Assembly: GCF_009914755.1 (NCBI RefSeq)
Contig: NC_060933.1
Reading direction: 5' to 3' (one strand)
DNA length: 64,000 nt
Origin: the human T2T-CHM13v2.0 reference genome, Homo sapiens
The translations under genes and the position numbers were made by a program. How positions within the stretch are numbered: position 1 is the stretch's first letter; each line of letters starts with the position of its first letter. The notes under the pieces are model-generated. The model was not told where the DNA came from. It was given only the letters and a program-made list of their open reading frames with translations, and did not search any database. Positions 24,578-40,040 of the stretch are shown here, piece by piece.

Positions 24578-25423
24578 TGGGGACTGGAGTCAGACTCCAA
24601 GGGGGAGAGTTTGAAGGCACTGCAATCGGCTCTTCTACCAGAGGGACTGAATTGTTCTAGAGGCCACATAGACTTTCTAGAGCTACAATGTTTCTAGCAA
24701 AGTCAGAGGTTTTTTGCAAGCTCCTCCTCTGTCCTCTACATGACTCCGCAGGACTTCTCTGTAGGACTAGGCTGAGAAGGCAAGTTCTCAGGTCCATATG
24801 GTGGAGGGAGACAGAGGCTACAATGCCACTGGTGGAACCCGGCGCTCTACAGCATAGATGGGGTAGAGAGAAGCATGTAGAGCCTTGAAAGGAGATATCA
24901 AGGCATTCAGGAAAGGAAAAAAGAGCAAGAATGCATTGAGTCATACCACTCTGAAATGTTTTGATGAGTCAAGCATCCTCTCATGATGTTATTAATGTCA
25001 AAGAAACAATTCCTTGGGTTTATATTGAGGTTGCACAAGTTAGCTCACAACCAATTCCTGACCACTGTGCTAAGAGCTGGGTGAAGATCAGTGAGTGTCA
25101 CAAACAATATTATATTACTCTCAAGAGCTTCCTCCATAAGGCAACAAGAAGGATAATATTAAGCAATAGAGGAAGAGCTGACCTGCCTTTCTGTCCAATA
25201 TTGGTTTAAGATGCCCACAATTTTTTAGGAAGTGAATTGTTCTAGAACTGTAGATTTAGTATTGGGGGTCAAAGGGAAGGGGGCTGCCATTTCCTGAATA
25301 GAACTTTGGTGCCAAATAGAACCATGCCTGGTTGACTTCTTAAAAGTAATACAATGGTTAATACAATTGGAGTCTGTTTTCTTAAGGGGTCCCTGAAGAG
25401 TTGTGGAGAAGAAATCCTTTTGA

Positions 25424-25783
<360 letters not shown>

Positions 25784-26009
25784 TAATATTACCTGATATT
25801 AGGCAGGAGACAAACAGGAACTAGCAAAGTTTGGAGCAATTGAACTCATTTTATAAAGCTGAAGAGAGATTAAGTACATTATTCAAAGCCACCAGACAAT
25901 AAGAAGTGAGTTGAGCGTTGAGTGTTTCTAAAGGTCTCTCTGGTGTTTGCTCTCTGGTGTTGCTTATCTGAGGGACCCAGTTTTACTCACTGGAGTAGCA
26001 ACAGCTGAA

Positions 26010-26230
26010 AATTATTGAGTGCTTACTAGTGTGCCAGTATGTTTCAAAGCACATTTCATGTGTTAACTAATTTAATCCATCTGGCCATTTTCTTAGCTGT
26101 GATTATCACCATTTTACAGATGAGCTGACTGAGGCTCAGAGAGGTTATGGAACTTGCCCAAGGTTACACATGTAGCCAAGACAGGGCTGAGGTTCACATC
26201 TAGGACACCTGGTTCCAGATATAGGCACTT
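26010..26230 (-). mobile_element. MIR SINE
   Basis: attttacagatgagctgactgaggctcagagaggttatggaacttgcccaagg. Confidence 0.8.
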
Positions 26231-28853
26231 CAGTTCCCCACCTCTTGGGGGAAGGCATGCTTCCAAGTGGGGAGAAGATAGCTCATCGTCATCCGAGCAC
26301 ACAGTGGGAATGAGAGGAATCTCAAAAAGGAGAAAGAGCCATCCTCTCTACTGTGGAACCAGTGAGGTTCTAGTCCTGGATTCCACACTCTGGACAGCCT
26401 AAAGCTCTGATAGGATGCAAACCACGGGGAAGGACGTTAGTAGGCAAGGAAACACCTGAGCTCTCTGACACCTGGATTTGGAAGCCTCCTGCCCCTCCAC
26501 ACCACATTCCCCACCCCCATCCATACAAACGCCGCTGCCCTCACTTTCATTCTCATCTGTTTATGTGCTCCACCTCAATGAGGTGGGAAGGACTGTACAA
26601 TGTGTCCTGATACCTGCCAAGTAGGGGAGCCCCCACCCACTCAGTGAAGAAGCAGGTACAGCCCAAGTGCAGTGAGCAGTCCATAGGGGGACCAAGGATC
26701 CCAAGTTCTGAACCTGACTTGATGAAACTCTGCTGGGGAAAAGCCCCATCTGATGGAGATTCACCTATTTCTGACCGACTTTGACCTCAGCAGCCTAAGA
26801 AGGGCACAGCCATGGCTCTGGAATTTTCCACAGCACAGTGCAGGAAAAGCTGGCTTTGTTTGGTATAGGGAGGCTGTCTCCAGGCGATGCTAATAATAAA
26901 AAAAAGAACGTGTGTAGGTTGCATCTGAAGCCCAATTGCTTTGCAAGGTCATTGTGCTTGGTCTGGAGGGTCATTAATTTTAGCTGCCTCATTGCCACCC
27001 ACATATGCAACCAATACATTCCTCAGGGGCAGGAGAAAAAGCACAATTTGGGATCCAGTCTGACCAGGGTTTAGATGATGTTCACACAGGATTAACATTC
27101 TGGTGCTTAAATTCCTTGATCAAATGGAGCTGAGACCCCTAACTACCCTACATTATTATCTAATATTTAATGAGATAACACAATTAAAGAAACAGAATCA
27201 TAACTAACCTCTGTCATCCATTCTTCTGGTGCTGTAGGTCTGTTTTCTCATTTGATCCCCACCACATCCTATGAGAGAGAGAGAGAGTATTATCCACATT
27301 TACAGAAGAGGAATGTCCGGGAAATATGTGATTTGATTAATTTCACACAGCTGGAGAAGGAAGGGACCCAAAAATGTAACCCAGGACGGGATGACTCCAA
27401 AATGTGTGTCCTTACCCAATGTAGTGCTTCTTACGATGCTGACCCGCAGTAGGCACGGAGCAAACCTTGATTCCTGTCTTTATTTCCACACTTCGTCTTT
27501 TTGAAAGCACAATTTGGTCACTCCCAATAAATCATTGGGCAGCCCAACGAATCAAATGCTTCTTCAGTCACCAAGGGACAGAGGCATCCTGGGTGCCGCA
27601 TTCCATACAGACCTGTCACTGGGCAAACCTGCGGATCTCTTAGACAGTGTTAATGAGAACCGGTGAAAGACTAAACTGTCCGTTACAAAGCTGCGACCAG
27701 CTATCATGCAGCTAGAGCCCCAGGCCTTGGTATGCAGCTCCTCCTCTCTCCAGGGGCTTCTCTTTTCTCTTAATTAGAGATTTGGCTAAAATGTTTGAGC
27801 ACTTGAAGTCAGGGCGTAAAGAAATAGGAAAGGAGTGTGGGAGATGAATGATGAGCCAGCACTTTCTATGTGTTGATGCAGAGAAAGAGAAAGAGGGTAA
27901 TTTGAGGATGTTCCTTCCCATGGGGCAATGGAGCAGAGAAAGCCACACTGCAGCGGTATTTTCAAGGGGTTTAAAAGCAAGTTATGAAAGCCATGAGGGA
28001 GGTTCATTGGGTTGCTAAAAAAACGAAAGAGGATGATAACAAGTCTCATCCATGTGTCGGTGTTTCAGGAATTAAAAGCTGTAACAAGGAACATTTGGGT
28101 GGTATTAAGCTCTGTGGGGAGGACTTGGGGCTTTAACTCTCAGTGCACTAGCACCTCTATGTAGTTCAGAACCTCAGGAAGGCTCTGTGGGCCACGCTCC
28201 TGAAAATTTCACCTGCCATCTTCATCACTCCAAAGAGAAAGGAAATGGCACATCCCTTAAGGCCTGGCAGTGTCGTGCTCACTCATGGGAAGCGCTCTCA
28301 GCAGCGGCTTCCCCTCTCCTGCTGCGGGCTTGCATCTCATGTGGAGAGAGGCCCCCTTTCTCCCGGCCCTCAGCCCTTTCAAGTCATTCACTTTCTCAGT
28401 AAGCGTCTCCCAAGGGTGACTTGCATCAGGTTGTCGGCGCTGCTTTCTGAAAGATAAATAAGTTATTCTGTCAAATTATGCTCACTTATTTCTGTCAACA
28501 TGTATTAAAACTTAGATATCGCCTCACCGTGAATGCATCAGACACTGTACTGTTCTCACCACTAGGGTGGGCCCTCTGCAGCCACAAATAGAGGAGACAG
28601 TTGGGGATAAAATCATAACTGATGAATAGAGAGACTGAGTGCACTAGCAAACCTGTAGAAATTCTAGGCTCACAGGAATAGCAAAAGACAGCCCACTAAA
28701 TAAAGAGACTGTCAAGAAGCATTTCACACCTAACATGAGCAATAAATGGATTCCCATCCACCAACAACGTTTTTCATGATTTTCCTCATCCACAGGTTCA
28801 ATGAGAAGCTTTGTAAATTTATTTTGTTTAACTGCAGACAATAATCACTCTCA

Positions 28854-29214
<361 letters not shown>

Positions 29215-29239
29215 TTACAACCAGCTGTTTAGAAACTTA

Positions 29240-29535
29240 AAAAAAAAAAATTGACACATAAAAATTGTGTGCATTTATGGTGTACAGCAAAATGTTTTGA
29301 AATATGTATACATTATGGAATGGCTAAATTAAGTTAATATATGCATTACCTCACATACTTATTTTTTGTGCATGATGAGAACACTTAAAATCTACTCTTA
29401 GTGATTTTCAAGTACATGATACATTGTTATCAACTCTAGTCACCATGTTGTACCATAAATCTCTCGAACTTATCCCTCCTGTCTAACTGAAATGTTGTAT
29501 CCTTTGACCAAAATCCCCCCAGTCTTCCCCACCAC
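29240..29535 (-). mobile_element. L1MA 3' end
   Basis: aattgacacataaaaattgtgtgcatttatggtgtaca...cttatccctcctgtctaactgaaat. Confidence 0.8.
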
Positions 29536-30934
29536 CACAGAGAACTGTTACCATAATTGTGGTTGTAAGCTGTTTCTGAGGAGCCAGTTTATTTGTTTTG
29601 AACAGAATTAAACAACATAGAAAATCCCTGTCCAGACCCTCAACCAAGTTAATTCATTCAAAAAAATATTTCTGAGTTCCTCTTAGGAACTTACAGCCTA
29701 ACGGGCAAAACAAACTGCTTGTAAAATCTGTTTACTTGATACATGGAATTGCCTTTTAAAGAATGATGGCCATTTTAACAGAGAAAATAAATTTGGAGGG
29801 TATAATCAATCATTGAGTAAATCTGCTTTGTGAAACATGCCTGCTCAAAGTTTGTTTGTTTCACAGTAAATTCCTTTTTGATGCCCTTACCTCATCAAGT
29901 AGTTGAGATGAGGCATGTACTCAGTTCTTTCTTTTTATAAATAGCAAAGCTACTTGGAACACTAAAGGGGGAAATGAATCCATACCAGCAAATATCGTAG
30001 AAAGAGCATGGGCTCAGTCTCAGACACACCTGGGTCGCAGCCCAGCTCTGCCACTTACCTAGTTGAATGAACTTATGCAAGATTTTTTAATCTCCCTGAG
30101 CCTCAGTTTCTTGTTTATAAAAGAGGTTTTTGTCTGGATTAAATATTACATAGAACAGCACTTGTAATACAGTAGGCATCCATGAATAGGAGCTTGTATG
30201 ATTGCTACATCACTACTACATTCAGGTGCGTCAGCCAAGACTTCACTTTGGATGTACTTTTTTAACTGCCTGACTGTGGTCAAGGGCCAAACGACGGTGG
30301 AAACTAGAAAGATCAACTCTTAATTCTGCCCTTTGAACAACGTGTAGGCTGAAGGAAACTAAATATTTGTGTGTGTGTGTTGGATCCACAATTTGCGATC
30401 CATCCTTTTTGCAGGAGTGCCAACCCATGAGGTTGCCAGAGTAGCATTTCAGAGCATCTGCACAAACCCCACAGATCAATGTCAGTGCCTGCCTGAGAAT
30501 GAAAAAGCAATGGGACCAGGAAGGATAAGTCTTGTCAATCAAAAACAGAATATGCAGGAAGGACAAGGGCAAGTTGTCCTTGAGAGAATGGGATAGAGAA
30601 GAGATTTCCTCCAGACACCTCCAGGGTAGGGATGTAGAACCCTCTTTCTAGCTGCCTAATGTTCATTCTGTCTTTAGCGCATCCTTGAGGAAAGGAAGAA
30701 GACAGAGTTTTCCATCTGCCAGATGTCTCCCTTATCCCAAGTTTTATTCATATATCAATTTATTTCCATTATCACAGGAGGTCTCCCAAGCCTCACTTCA
30801 ACAGACTGGCTTCCCAAGATGGTGGATTGGTTGATACCCTTTGGACCCATCCCCAAAGACAGGCAATACTGATTTTGTTTTTTGGCTAAAATGAAGTATT
30901 GGCCTGCTAAGACACAAACTCTTTGTGTAGATAT

Positions 30935-31308
30935 TTTTTTTAAAAAATATTGTAAAATATTCATAATATATATTTACCATTTTAACTATTTTTAGTGTGT
31001 AGTTCTGTGGCATTAAATACATTCACACTGCTCTGCAACCATTACCACCATCCATCTCCAGACCTTCATCATCTTCTTCCACTGAAACTCTGTACCCATT
31101 AAATAACCCTTTCCCCCTACCCTTAGGCCCTGGAAACTACAATTCTACTTTGTCTCTATCACTTTTACTACTCCAGTTACCTCATATAAGTAAAATAATA
31201 CAATATTCGTGTTTTTGTGACTGGCTTATTTCATTTAGCATAGTGTCTTCAAGGTTCATCCATGTTGTAGAGTTTGTCGGAATTTCCTTTCTTTTTAAGG
31301 CTGAATGA
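30935..31308 (-). mobile_element. L1MB 3' end
   Basis: tttaccattttaactatttttagtgtgtagttc...gactggcttatttcatttagcatagtgtcttcaaggttcatccatgttgtag. Confidence 0.85.
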
Positions 31309-34300
31309 TTGTGTTGACTTAAAGATGTTGCAGTCTCAGTTGATGGCCTCATAGTTTGAGCCTTGCTATAAAACTTTATGCTTAACAAAGCTTTGAAAAA
31401 CAACTGATTTCATTAGTACATAAGTAGCTGAAAGTGTTGCTGAGTATTTATTATAGCTGGCGAAAAAAACATATAGATGTTTTTAATAAAAATTATCTTC
31501 ACAGAATGGTATCTTAAGTTGGAAACTACATGTTGGCATCCTTGCAAAGAGATAATATTATTTGATTAACACTTGTGATAGTAGAATCACTCATACTCTA
31601 TGATTTCTGGCATCTGAGTGACGAGGCACATAAATAGGCCTCACAGGGAAGTCTACAGATAATTTCATACCCCAAGGTTACTCACTGAAATAACTAGATC
31701 AAAAACCAAGCAACTGAATTCTCATCAAATTCCTCCCATCCTCTCTTACCAATCATCTTGCTAAAAAGTTTTTAAACTCACATCATAAAATATCATATTT
31801 ATGTATCGATTAATTTATTCAGTGTACATATTTATTTGCTAGAATTCTACAATAAATTTAGCTGTAACCAATAAGGAAATATGAGGTATAAAAGAAAGCG
31901 TAGCATTTGTTCAGGAGAAATGAGGCTCTTCTGGCCATGTAAACCTAAAAAAGGATTATACTTCAATCTTATGTTGTAACTTTGGATGCTATGATACATG
32001 TTCAGTTATTCTGGAAGACTTTATAATGTTTGCTTAGAATCTGGACTTGTTGATAGTATTCTACAGTGTTATCAAGAGATGGAATAAGCACAGTAAGCCA
32101 CTTGTAACTTTTTAAAATTTATAAGTATTAATTTTTAAGCTGTGTCTTCAACTTTTGAGGTAGCATTCCTCTCCAAGTGACTACACTTCCTCAGTGTCTT
32201 TGAACCATTATAGCATAGGATGAGAAAGAAACTAAAGGGGGAATGGAACATTTTTTGATCACAGGAGAAAGATGATCTGGAAATCATAACAATGGATGAA
32301 GATGCCAGAAAGAAGAGCTTGTAGGATGAGGTGGAAAACAAAATACTGGCTCCTGAAGGCTCTGTTAAAAGTTGACTTTTTGTAAGAATTTTGTATATCA
32401 TGCCTGTCATAAACATTCAGCTTCATTGTGCAATGAAGACAGATGACAAGAATTTGCTGCTCCAAAAACAACAAAAAAGAGCAACTTCTCTGTGTCCTTG
32501 GAATCTGGTTTCTTCAGTTCCAAACATGCAGTGAAAACTTGTGCCTGTAAGAGCTGGGGGCAGTTGCTTATGTAACTAATTAAACATCTACGTAAATATG
32601 AGAATGGGAGAAGCCTTCTCTATTCTCATCAGCTGTTCTAACGTGAAGAGGCATGCAGACTTGAGAGACAGGCACAGTTTAGTTGTCTTACACTGACGCT
32701 CTTACATAAGCTTCAAGGTCATGAAGTTTTCACCATTTTGTTTCCAAATAGTAGGAGGAAAAAACAAGTTTTACAAGTCCCTTATCAGGGAGGGAAAGGG
32801 CTTGGGAAGGTTTAAGTTAGCAGAAAACTTTTGTAGATCAGACAAGGATTGGAGATGTGAGGAAGAGATTAAACACAGAGGAACTGGTGGAGAAATATTC
32901 TGAGGAAAGAAGATTATAACAGTAGATGGGGAATTGACAATAGCCAGGAAGAGTGGCAGACCTTTCTTTTGGAGACAGAAGATAAGTAAAAAGCCAAAGA
33001 GAAGACAGAGATGACTTTTGACATTGAGAAAAAAAAAAGCCAAGGGAACTCAGACATCTTATTGCAAATGAGGAGGTGATGTCTCCTTTTGCAGAAGAAT
33101 GGGTGGAACTTGGGCTTTGGGATGGCTTGGCCTACCCCAGGTGGGGGATGCAAGCTAGAGATTGGAAGAGATGAATGAAGGGATAATCGCACAGTGACAG
33201 GGAGTCACCTAGGATGATGTAGACTTATAGTATGGCATAAGAAGCTGTGTCTGGAGGATGTATTTAAAATCTTGGAGATGGGGTAATCTTTTGGGGTCAT
33301 TATATCTAAGGCAGCACATTGTGAGTGCCAACAGAGGCCATTATAGTTGAGTAGATTGAAGACATGCAAAGCCAGAGTATTAAAGCCACCTACTGGTTTA
33401 TGAAAGCCAATGAGAAGGCAAACAAGAGATACAGAAGAAAATTTAAAATTTTCACAGTTATATCTTAATAACCCTCGACTAACCTAACGATGCCTCATCT
33501 GTATGATAAAGACTTTGAGCGCAGACATGATATAACTCTCAGAACCTTCTAAGTAGCATTTGATTTAGCAGAGCAAGGTGTTTTAGTTTAAAATCCTATC
33601 CTAGCATTGGATCTGACACATCATGGAAATGAGGATAGATGAATATGAGGAGTTCTGCCCATTCCTACAGGCACTGATGTCAAGGCAAAGTAATTGTCTT
33701 TGCCTCTGGGTCTAGCAGAGTCCTGTGTACACCCTTGCTCTTCTGTTCTGGTTTTTAATCTGGCCTGTCTGAGGAAGTAGAAGTCCCTTGGCTAGCAATT
33801 GTGTTATAACTATCTATAAATCACTCGCATAAAATCTTTGAGAACCCACGAGTAGGGTCTTTTTAATTTGTATGTCTCTACATCTCCCTTAGTAGCTGGC
33901 ATGTATGTAGTGTTAAAAAATATATCCATAAAATGAATGAATGGATAAGCTGTGCTCTCTGAGTCCACATTTCTCTAGAATACGATTTTTGTGAGGTTTT
34001 CAGCTTCTATGAACCTCTCCATTCTTGTTCCACTCAGCATATTTTTTTTAAAGATACATAGATATCATCTAACTGTAAAAACAAATCGTTTGCACTGGCC
34101 CCTGTAGGCAAGGTCTGCTTCTTCCCACTGAGTCTGCCTTGGGTCCTCTGCTCTTAATTTTGCTGGTACCTGGACTGATAATCACCCTGCTCAATTGATT
34201 GTGCCTCCTACAACAATAGTGGAAGCCATAAATAAGAGGTGAAGTGAAGGAGCCTGAATAAATATAAAGAAGGCTGCATAACTATGATGATGCCTGTAGT

Positions 34301-34446
34301 CAGTGACACAGTCTCAGCTTGAAATCACCACTCCTGCTAGATGGAGGTCACAGCTTTTTTCTGTCTCAGGGCTACTGGTTACCAAGAATGTAACCAGTCC
34401 AGTCAACACCTTTGTATGAGTTAATAAAAGGTGTCCCTCTACAGAG

Positions 34447-34583
34447 GCAGGCGCAGCCTACACCAGAGTGCCTGGCATGGTGAAGCAAATGGGCTGGATG
34501 TCAGCCTCCACTGGACCATTCGGGTGGGTAGGCACCTTGTGCAGTGAACAACCTGCATACCTGTTGGTATGCCTTTGCCCCTG
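34447..34583. mobile_element. MER91-like hAT-Tip100 relic
   Basis: caccttgtgcagtgaacaacctgcatac...gcccctg motif. Confidence 0.5.
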
Positions 34584-36111
34584 CTGGTTATGCACTCTTT
34601 TGGGCCTAGGTCTCCTGGGAAGTTTCCTAGTCAGTCCTGAAGTAAGAATCACAGTCCCATTCCCATTCTAAAAATTGTATATAAGTTTCCCAGTCCAAAC
34701 TGTACCTTGGTAACAATGAGGAGACATAGAGGAACAGAGCCCGGGGTGTGCAGGATGTGCTGTGATTAGATGTTTGCATCACTCTGAACATGCACTTTTC
34801 CCTTCTGTTAACAAAATGAATAGAATAACCCTACATGAAAGGCTTTTTCTGCTACATAAAGGCAAACTCTAGTTGTCTCTTCACAGTCATCTTTGGGGTT
34901 TAGTGCTAGCAAGTGTAAAATTTACATATATAAGATTTACTTACATGCTAGCTGTACCAGTCCAGTAAAGCGATGGGGGAAAGAGGGATGAATTTCCCTC
35001 ATTTCCTCACCAGTCAAGTCTAGGTTTCCAGGGTTCTTTTCAATGCAACTATGCTAAATCAGGCAGTGAATCTTGGAGTTGCAGTAAGACAACGTGATTA
35101 AACCCTGGGCGGGTCCTGCTATCTCACCCCACCAGCTGGATCTCAGATTGACAGTGTTCAGACATGGCTTATGGGGGCTGTCAGAGTTGGAGGGGGTTGA
35201 GGTCCAGTGGAGGTTGTGTCTCTGCCAAAATCTGAAACCATATTTTCTGGGCATGACCAGTCTCTAAACCAGAAAAAGTGGCTCTGTGGATCTGACCAAA
35301 GAAGCCTGTCAATTTTTTTTAAGACAATAGCAGGTTAGGATGAGTGCAATGAGGGTTGGATTCAGTGAGTAGAGGCCCATCTTTGAGTCTATGAGATTTA
35401 CTTTCCATGAGATTGGCCTCCCTCTGCCACCTTTGCTGTGGGAGTAATTTCTTAAAATGTTTCCAAGAAACTTGTGAGGCTGGATTTGCTTCTGTTGCAG
35501 GGCCCCATATGTGTTTTTCCTTGGGAAAGATAAAATTTCCAATTAAAGGAAGAATTCCCTGGCTATTTCTTCACTATTACTCTTTCAGAGTGAGATGTAG
35601 CTTACAATCACCCAATGTCAGCCAAGACTCAGCACCCATTCTTGACCAGTAACCATGATTACCACACCTCTACCCCATGGGGTGGTAAGAAAAGATCTAG
35701 GTGGGTCCTGCTCATTGCTTGACTTGAACCAAGACTATACGGCCCTCTGTGGACCAGGAGACCTCAGCTTTTAATGGAAAAGTCAGCAGGAGTTCAGTAA
35801 AGGGGTCTGGTGGGAAGCCCCGCTTGGCCTTCCCTACTTATAAAATCTGTAACACATGTTGACTAGATTCAGAAATATGTCATTGCCTCATAACTTTTTG
35901 AGGTTCCAACTTCTGGAGCCCCCGGGAGAGGAGCAGTTGTTATGATAAGGTCAGGATTTGGGACTAGCAGCTGAAGCCATTCAGGGCCTCTCCTCTCTGT
36001 GTTGTCTGCATTGCTTTCAGGCAGCCACAGAGATCTGGCTGCTCTCAGACTGACAGCCCAGGCAGGCTTGCCATGTAGAAATGAAATAAACAACTAGATT
36101 TTGTTCCCCAG

Positions 36112-36214
36112 GAGAATATGTTGATGAGCATGGCCACTGCCAGACCTGTGAGGCCTCATGTGCCAAGTGCCAGGGACCAACCCAGGAAGACTGCACTACC
36201 TGCCCCATGACAAG
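36112..36214 (+). CDS. PCSK5: PCSK5 isoform B first specific exon (21B), Cys-rich furin-like repeat
   Basis: ttttgttccccag|...|gtaagt; 103 nt, phase 1 to 2; (G)EYVDEHGHCQTCEASCAKCQGPTQEDCTTCPMT(R). Entry phase is the same as exon 21A, as expected for alternative acceptors of one upstream exon. Confidence 0.95.
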
Positions 36215-36575
36215 GTAAGTGGCTTCTCAGGATCTCCCGGTGGTGTGAGCTCATGGATTGCAGGGTGGAGAGAGGAGGTGCTCACCATCTTAGCAGCACC
36301 TCATGGGCCTGCAGTGAAAAAGAAGCAAACTCTTTCCCACTCCACAGATATTCTCCTTGGTCTGGGCACAGCCCAGCTCTGTAGTATCCTCTCCCCATGA
36401 CGCCCAGTCCCCACCACAAGGACCAGTTCCCTGGACATGGAACAGATTTCCTCATCAATCAATAGGGTGCCTTTGATGCCTGAAATCTCATCCTTTTCTG
36501 CATACCCGTCCCTCAATCATCATTTCCATCTGCTGGTCAAGTATCTACTTATTTCTAGAGTCAGTTCAAAAGTGA

Positions 36576-36895
<320 letters not shown>

Positions 36896-39133
36896 GTGAA
36901 CTGTTTTTAAAGGCATTTCTGACCTCTTCCCAGTAAAAATAATCTCTTCCCAGCAAAAATTAACCATTTTTATGTCCCTTTGCTCTCTATAAGCTTCCAT
37001 AAGAGCAGCTGTAGCCTTTGAAGGTTTTCATTTACAAAGCTATCTCTTCATTAGACTGTAAGCCACTTGAGATACTCATCTTTGATCTCTAGTACCTACC
37101 ACAGTTCGGGGATAATAGCAGGCACTCAGTAATGTTTGCTAACTGAGTTAATGAGGGAATAGCAAGTATGCAAATGGAATGAGCATCTTTGCTAATACAC
37201 TGGGAATTTCTAACAAAGAAAGCTGGAGGCCTGTTTTATTTTCAGTCAATGCTCCTCTGAGCCTAGCACTGAATATTTTTTGGCTACCGAGTATTTCAGT
37301 GAATGGCCTCATCACTGCCCTGCCCAACGCAAAGGAAGCAGGTCTCTTGCAGGCAAGGGTGATGAGGCTGCTCCAGTGGCAGGCGCTTTGCATCTCTGGG
37401 ATGGACATGCCCTCTGCTTTGCATTATGGTCATTTTGTCCTACTTCTGCAAGACTATAATATTCTTGCAAGCGGGTGCTGTGGTGTGTTTTTTCCTTTAT
37501 TCCCCACAGTGATCAACACATAATTCAATAAATGTGCTTTATTGAACTTGATGAAGTGTGGAATCAATATCATAGGTTTGGCTCTCCAAATAGCTCCCTC
37601 AGAAAGAGGAAGGAAGAAAGGAAAGAATGAATAAGAGAAGGAAAAGAGGAAAGAAGGAAGGAGAAAGGATCGAAGAAGACACAAAGGAACAGTTTTAAGA
37701 ATTTTTAATGCTAACCATGAGCATATTTTTCCAAGTGTCTCTTTAAAATAACTATGCCTCTAAATATTGAATTTGCTTTAAAGAAGCATCAGGACTTACT
37801 CTAAGATACAGATAGCATTCTCAAAATGAGGTTCTGTTTTTTCTCCAATTCCCCACCATACCAACAATCAAATGCCAATGCATGTTTGGACGTCTTTTGA
37901 ACTAGGGGAATATTTTAACATTTGTTTAATAAGGCAGCTACCACCCTTCTTTTACAATTTTATAAACCACTGGGTTTAGCTCCTTAAAGACAATTAAAAA
38001 CCTGGAGAAAGCAAGTGACCTCTTTGCCACTGTATTTAACATGCAAAGCTCTGTGATGCCAGGATCCTCATTGCCCAACCTAATTTCCCTGCCCAGTCCT
38101 GAAGGAGTTAGAGAGTCAGTGAACTAATTAAAAATATTTCAAAGTTACCTCTGTTCTGACCCATGCTCAAACATTGTATTTGATCTATTTCAATGAATTC
38201 AGAGAAAAAAATCTTTTTACTAGATTTCATTCTTTTAGAATATTAAAGAACCAAGAAATTACACTAAGTGCTGTTTTAATGGCTTTAATTAGGCCAAGTC
38301 AACAATCAGCAAAGAGGACCAGCTAACCCTGACATGCTGTCTCTTTCATTACAGTTCATGTCACACACACATCTGGGGGCCTTCTGGAATACTCAGCGCC
38401 AGTGTTAAGATCATCTCTGCCCAGCTGCTTAGCACTTGGTTCCACTGCATTCTCCCTTTCTTTCAGCCCTGTTTGGTCTGGAATGGTTCACTTCCTATGA
38501 AAAGGTCAAGAGCTGGCATGAGTTGGGGAAAGAAGCTCTTCCCCTGCAGAGATGAGCTTGCCTGGGCATCTCAGGAATCCATGAATTGGATGACTGGTGG
38601 TCCCAGAGATGCCTTGAGTTGGCTTTAAGGAACATTTTCATCAGACCCATTTTCTACTTTTATAGAGAAAAATATCTATTCTCTTCCACTAGGGAAAATT
38701 TGTTGGTGTCTGTTGAAAACTGTGGCCATTTGAAATGGGATTTTTCTTCAAGTTTCTTAGCAATATTTTGGGGGGAGGTTGGAGAATGTGGGGTGGGTCG
38801 TGGTGACATAACTCAGTGCCTTCACTTAAGCATAACTGTCTTCCCTATCTTTCTATCTTTAGAAATAATCATCCTCTTACAAAAACTGGAGATCTCACCT
38901 ATGCTTTTGTTAGGGTGGACATGGAGGGAATGGTTTAAAGCATAATTATGTGATTGATATGTTCCTCAAATCAAGTCAAAAAGACAGCCCCTTTCCTACA
39001 TAAACATGGAAGGGTTCTATATCTGCTTCCTCTCCTATTTCTGAGTGGTTTTTAATGGTTCCCATTAATGGGAGATTACTTCTCCCAAGACAAATGATTT
39101 CCCCCCCAAACCAATCTGTCATCTCATCTTGGA

Positions 39134-40040
39134 CAGGGGTCCCCAAACTCCAGGCCATGAACTGATATTGGTTCATGGCCTATTAGGAGCTGGGCTGCAC
39201 AGCAGCAGGTGAGCAGCAAGTGAGCAAGTGAAGCCTCGTCTGTATTTATAGCCACTCCCCGTTGCTCATATTACTGCCTGAGCTCCATCTCCTGTCACAT
39301 CAGCAGCAGCATTAGATTCTCATAGGAATGTGAACCATATTGTGCACTGCCCATGTGAGGAATCTAGGTTGCGTGCTCATTATGAGAATCTAATGCCTGA
39401 TGATCTCTCACTGCCTCCCGTCATCCCCAGATGAGACCATCTAGTTGCAGGAAAACAAGCTCAGGGCTCCCACTGATTCTGCATTACGGTTAGTTGCATA
39501 ATTATTTCATTATATATCACAATGTAATAATAATAGAAATGAAGTGCACAATAAATGTAATGCACTTGAATCATCCCAAAACCATCCTCTGCCCCCCATT
39601 TGTAGAAAAATTGCCTTCCATGAAACTGGTCTGTACTAGATTGTTCTCATGCTGCTATGAAGAAATACTCGAGACTGGGTAATTTATAAAGAAAAGAGGT
39701 TTAGTTGACTCATAGTTCTGCATGACTGGGAAGGTCTCAGGAATCTTACAATCATGGCAGAAGGCAAAGGGGAGGAAAGGCTCCTTCTTCACAGGGTGGC
39801 AGGAAGGAGAAGTGCTGAGCAAAGGGGGAAAATCCCTTTATAAAACCATGAGCTCTTGTGAGAACTCACTCACTATCACGAGAACAGCATGAGGATAACC
39901 GCCCCCATGATTCAGTTACATCCCACTTGGTCCCTCCCACGACTCGGATCATGAGAACTATAATTCAAGATGAGATTTTGGGTGGGGACACAGCCAAATC
40001 AAATGACAGTGCCTAGTGCCAAAAAGGCCGGGGACCACTG
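39134..40040. mobile_element. MER1A hAT-Charlie element split by a THE1 LTR
   Basis: Starts caggggtccccaaac, ends gtgccaaaaaggccggggaccactg; internal gcattagattctcatagg and aatctaatgcctgatgatct. Confidence 0.88.
39632..40008 (-). mobile_element. THE1 MaLR solo LTR
   Basis: gttctcatgctgctatgaagaaatactcgagactgggtaatttataaagaaaagagg...gggtggggacacagccaaa. Confidence 0.9.

Noticed and set aside
32253-32460. Purine-rich exon-like stretch after tttttgatcacag (EKDDLEIITMDEDARKKSL*)
   Set aside because: Stops in all plausible frames (immediate TGA in the PCSK5 phase), no Cys-repeat pattern and no convincing donor.
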